DNA of 64,000 bases from Dictyostelium discoideum. Taxonomy: Eukaryota. The notes under the pieces were generated by a model. The model had not been told where the DNA came from, ran no database searches, and was given only the letters and a program-made list of their open reading frames with translations. A program made the position numbers and the translations under genes. Within the stretch, counting starts at the first letter, position 1. Every line of letters starts with the position of its first letter. Below are positions 49,671 to 64,000 of this stretch, one piece after another. The stretch lies in NCBI GenBank assembly GCA_000004695.1, contig CM000152.2, positions 3,360,001 through 3,424,000 of the forward strand, written 5' to 3'.

Positions 49671-52250
49671 AAAAAAAAAAAAATAATAAAAATAAAAATA
49701 AATAAATTATTAAATAAAAAAATAGATTTAAAAAAAAAAAAAAATTAAAAAATTAAAAAAAAAAAAAAAGTAAAAACATTTATTGGAATAAAATTTTAGT
49801 GACATACTACTAATATTTGATATTACAAATACTTTTTTTATATATTTTTTATAATTTTTTATTTTTTTTTATTTTTTAAAAAGGGAGAATCTGTTATTTT
49901 AGTTTTAAGTTGGCTGTCAAAAGGTATTGAGTAATAAATTAATATTTACTGGATAAATTTATCTAAAACTTATTTTGAATTATAAAAAAAGTTTAGTTAC
50001 CATAAAAGGATAAACTGTGTTTCCTTATTTGTATGCATATGTGTGTGTATGTATGTGTGTGTGTGTATTTTTCTGAAAGAATTTTAATTTGTTTTATTTC
50101 TTTTCTTTTAAAAAAAAAATAAGAAAACAAAAATAAAAATAAAATTAAAATTAAAATTAAAAATAAAAAAATCGAATCTGACAAAATAATTCTGATCGAT
50201 TGAATTCGAAAAAAAATTTAAAAAAAAAAATAAAAATAAAAAAAATAAATGAAAAAATCCAATCGAGTGGATATTTCGCGTGCCGATAACTTTCATACTA
50301 TTTTTAATATGAATTATAAATTGTCCGAGGGCAGTATGAAACTCAAAAATTTTGACAAGGAGCACTGTCATTGAATAAATAATTTTTTTTTATTAATCCT
50401 TTTTTTTATTTATTTATTCAATATGTTTTTCTTTATTTATTATTTTATTAATTTATTTATTTTTTTAATTTATTATTATTATTATTTTTATTATTTTTAT
50501 TATTATTATTCTTTTTATTATTATTTATTATTATTATTATGTTTTTATTTTTTTTTATTATTATTTTATTATTTTTTTTTTTATTTTTTTTTTTTTAATA
50601 AAACATTTATTAAAACACTATAATTAGTGCATGTGTTGTTGCACACATTTATGTGTTTTTATGTGAGTATAATTGTATGTAAAAAAATAATAGAACTGTG
50701 TGAATAATTAAGTTAATAAGGGTGCCAATCAAAATTTTTTTTTTTTTTAATTTTTTTAATTTTTTTGGGGTGTGGTTGGATTTTCAGATTTTTTATGACA
50801 TTTAAACTTCCCAAAAAAAAAATCGAAAATTATAAAAAAAAAAAAAAAAAAAAAATATAAAAAAAAAAATCAAAAATAATTGTGAAAAAAATAAAAAAAA
50901 AAAAAAAATAAAAAAAAAAAAAACACACACCGATTTCTTTTCTTTTTTTTCAAAAGTTTGACATTACCAATAAAACACACATAAACTCAACATTCATACA
51001 TAAAAAAAAAAAAATTAATAATAATAATATAACATAATATTTAATTATATATATATATATATATATTTTAGTTTTTTTTTTTTTTTTTTTTTTATTGATC
51101 AGAAAGGGTATGTTATATAAAATTTTTGTTTAGAAAAAAAGTTTTTATTTTTTTTTTTTTTTTTTTAATTATAACTTATTTTTAAATTTATTATATATTT
51201 TATTTTTTATATTTTTTAAACTTTTTTTTTTTTTTCTTTTTAATTTTATTAATTCTATATTTAAAATTTATTACTAACATAATACTTTTTTATATTTTCT
51301 TTTTTTTTTTTTCTCTTTTTTTTTTCTTTTTTTTTTTCTCTTTTTTTTTTATTATCATAATAATTTTTACGACTTTGTTGCGGTTGTGTCACAAAAAGAA
51401 ATCAGAAATCACATCGGTATGATTAATTTTTTTAAAAAAAAACTTTTTTTTATATTTTATTTTTTTTTTTAATTTTAATTTTTTTTTTTTTTTTTTTTTT
51501 GTGGCAAAGTGTCAATCAAGAGCTGTTTTTTTTTTTTTTTTTTGATTTCTTTTTTTTTTTTTATTTTTTTTTTTTTTTAAAAAAGTAATCATAAATTTTT
51601 TTTTTTTTTTTCCTCGAGAAATATCTGGGACTATTTTTAAAATTTGTTCACATAAAAAAAAAAAATAAAAGGTATATAGACAAATATAATTTTATTATTA
51701 TTATTATTATTTTTTTTTTTTTTTTCCATTCACTTTATTCATTGTAGTCTTTTTTTGTTTCATTCAATCTCCTTTTGTTATTTTTAATTTTTTTTAATTT
51801 TTTTATTTTATTTTATTTTTTCTCTCATTCGCTTTTCGATTTTATAAAAAAAAAAAAACCTTTTTCAGATAATTTTAATTATATATTTATATAAATTTCA
51901 AATAAAAAAAATAAAATTATAATTTTATATAAATAAGTGAAGGGCTTGTATATTTCAAATTTTTTAATTATTATTTTTTTACACCTTTTTTGGAATGGTT
52001 TTAAAAAACACAAATTTTTTTTTTTTTCTAACACAAAAAAAGTTTCAGAGTGAAATCACATCCCCACAATATACTCTCCATTTAAATTTGTGTTAGTTTT
52101 TTATTTTTATTTTTTTTCTTGTATTGTAAATAAATGTATGTGAATATTTATTTGTTTTTTTTTTTTTCATTATTTAAATTAAAATTTCATTTAATTTTTT
52201 TTATTCTATTTTTTTTTTTGTTGCACTATAATATTAAATTAACTTTGGAC

Positions 52251-52304
<54 letters not shown>

Positions 52305-52475
52305 AAAAAAAAAAAATAATAATAATAATAATAATAATAATAACTTCAACAAAAATATTTAATTACTAATTAGATTATTTCACATAATTTTTTTTTCTTT
52401 TTCATAAATCCTAATTAAAAAAAATATTTTTATATATATATTTATTTATATTTCATTATAGATATTTAACTTAAA

Positions 52476-54653
<2,178 letters not shown>

Positions 54654-54982
54654 TTAATTATTAAATTTTTTTTTTAAAAAAAAAAACATAAAACAAAAAA
54701 CAAAAAACAAAAAACAAAAAAAAAAAGTTTTCAAAAATGAAATTGTACACATAAATATTTAATAATTAATTATTACTTTATTTATAAAATTTATAAAAGA
54801 AATAATAATAATAATAATAATGATAATAATAAATTTTTTTAAAAAAAAAAAATAAAAAAAAAAATAAAAGTTAAAATTAAAAATAAAATAAAAAAAAGAA
54901 TGGTTAGTTTTTAATTTTGGAATTTACAATTTATATTATTATTTACTTTATTATTTATTTATTTATTTATTTATTTGTTTTT

Positions 54983-55636
54983 TTAAACTCTTGTTGATAA
55001 CCAAATTGCAGTTTTTGTACCAACTTTGACAAGTTCTGAAAATGGTTTATAGAGTGGTGCTAATTCAGCATCGTGTTCGATACCAATGTGCATATGTTCA
55101 AGTTCGTCATCTCTAAACTTTTTAATTGTTTCTTTTAATTCTTTATCATCAATACCGGCATCGTTTAATTGTCTTAATTGGTCATTGTAATGATCAGAGA
55201 TAACGGTTTCAACGGCGACAGTGACTGCCATTGCTGCTTCTTTACCCATTAATGCTGATACATAACCTAACCCAAATCCTGCAACATTCCAAATTGGTGA
55301 TAAAATTGTTGGTCTAACACGTTTTTCATAGATTAATTGATTGAATTTTGCTTGATGTTCTTTCTCTTGATCTGCCATCTCTCTAATTAATGGTCCTTCT
55401 TTTGTATTTGCCAACACTGCTAATTGACCTTCATAGATTCTTGCTGCTCCAAATTCACCTGCATGGTCTACACGAATTATTCTTTCAATGATTTGTCTTT
55501 TTAATTTCTCTTTTTCGATTTCACTTAATACATTTTTAGTGATGTTTGTATTATTATTATTATTGGTTTTTGTACAATAACTTCTAATTATATTGGTTTT
55601 CTTTAAAAATTTTGTTGACTTTATTAAACTATTCAT
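54983..55636 (-). CDS. coq7: COQ7 / CLK-1 5-demethoxyubiquinone hydroxylase (ubiquinone biosynthesis), single exon, 217 aa.
   Basis: It shows RVDHAGEFGAARIYEGQ...EKEHQAKFNQL...RVRPTILSPIWNVAGFGLGYVSALMGKEAAMAVTVAVETVISDHYNDQLRQL...FRDDELEHMHIGIEHDAELAPLY. The di-iron carboxylate EXXH motifs are present. A putative mitochondrial presequence and poly-Asn run sit at the N-terminus. Confidence 0.9.
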   Translation of the reverse strand: MNSLIKSTKFLKKTNIIRSYCTKTNNNNNTNITKNVLSEIEKEKLKRQIIERIIRVDHAGEFGAARIYEGQLAVLANTKEGPLIREMADQEKEHQAKFNQLIYEKRVRPTILSPIWNVAGFGLGYVSALMGKEAAMAVTVAVETVISDHYNDQLRQLNDAGIDDKELKETIKKFRDDELEHMHIGIEHDAELAPLYKPFSELVKVGTKTAIWLSTRV

Positions 55637-55953
55637 TTTTTTTTTTTTCGTGTATATATTATATATGTAAAATGTAAGATTAAGGTGTGGGGCTGGTGGG
55701 AAATTATAAAAAAATAAAAAAAAAATATAAAAAAAAATAAAAAAAATTAAAAAAAAAAAATAAAATAAAATTAGAAATTTAATTTGTAATAATCATTTGA
55801 CCATTTTTTTCATTTTTTTGGAATAAGATTGAGGAAATAAAATTTCCATTGATTTTCACAAAAAATGATATAAGATAAAAATAATAATCCCAAAAAAAAA
55901 AAAAAAAAAAAAAAATTTATTCAACAAAATTTTTAATATAAAAAAAGTAATAA

Positions 55954-55989
<36 letters not shown>

Positions 55990-56377
55990 AAAATATAAGC
56001 CAATTTATTTATTAATATTATTAAACTGTTTTATTTTAATCAAACAAATTCATTGCCAAATAAAAAAAAAAAAAAAAAATAAAATAATAAAAATATCTAA
56101 AAATGGGGTTTCGAAAATAATTTTTTATTTTTTTTTTTATTTTTTTTTTTTATTTTTTTTATTTTTTTTTCAATTCATTCATTTTTATTTTTTTTTTAAA
56201 TAATTTTTATTATATATTTTTTTTTTATATTTTTTTTCTCAAAAACTATATTATTTATCATGTATATTTATTAAGATATTAAATTATTTTTTTGTTTTTA
56301 TTTCACACAAATTTTTTTTTTTTTATCTTTTTTTTTTTATCACCACATTTATTTAATTTAAAAATCCGAAAATAAAA

Positions 56378-64000
<7,623 letters not shown>

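Noticed and set aside
50030-50078. (TG/TA)n microsatellite tgtatgcatatgtgtgtgtatgtatgtgtgtgtgtgtat.
   Set aside because: It is an ordinary imperfect dinucleotide repeat in a 3' UTR or intergenic region and is not a regulatory feature on present evidence.

Overview
This window is AT-rich (about 75-80% A+T) eukaryotic nuclear DNA with small GT...AG introns and pervasive poly-Asn, poly-Gln and homopolymer tracts. That is the signature of a dictyostelid social amoeba, most likely Dictyostelium discoideum. It is not prokaryotic, so there are no CRISPR arrays, operons or rRNA genes. No discrete new multi-gene 'system' of the kind hinted at in the prompt was found here, and I say so plainly.

The left 6.2 kb is a nest of retroelements upstream of a tRNA-Gln(UUG) gene. 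It holds the 3' part of a Ty3/gypsy LTR retrotransposon with an intact in-frame gag zinc knuckle, protease, RT, RNase H, integrase, polypurine tract and 3' LTR. Next to it is a short TRE5-A-like non-LTR element with a 442-aa ORF1 flanked by two copies of a ~290-bp module. The tRNA has a downstream external B box and an unusual 900-bp ORF-less block after it.

The remaining 58 kb is dense single-copy genes. Most are split by short introns, so the supplied ORF track fragments them; I reconstructed the splice sites by hand. The genes are a GFA/CENP-V-like protein, pelota/Dom34, phosphatidylinositol transfer protein, an NR2C2AP-like protein, a GNAT acetyltransferase, an ASCC2-like CUE-domain protein, a RING protein, a PGAP1-like GPI inositol-deacylase, an ABCC transporter, a small protein kinase, an RluA-type pseudouridine synthase with a giant acidic insert, mitochondrial 3-hydroxyacyl-CoA dehydrogenase, an hssA/2C/7E-like small Gly/Cys protein, the PP2A B56 subunit (psrA-like), a WW-WW-FYVE-armadillo protein, a TALE homeobox protein, COQ7, and the 5' two-thirds of tuberin/TSC2 running off the right edge.

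All coordinates and identities come from manual translation and remembered family motifs, not from database searches.
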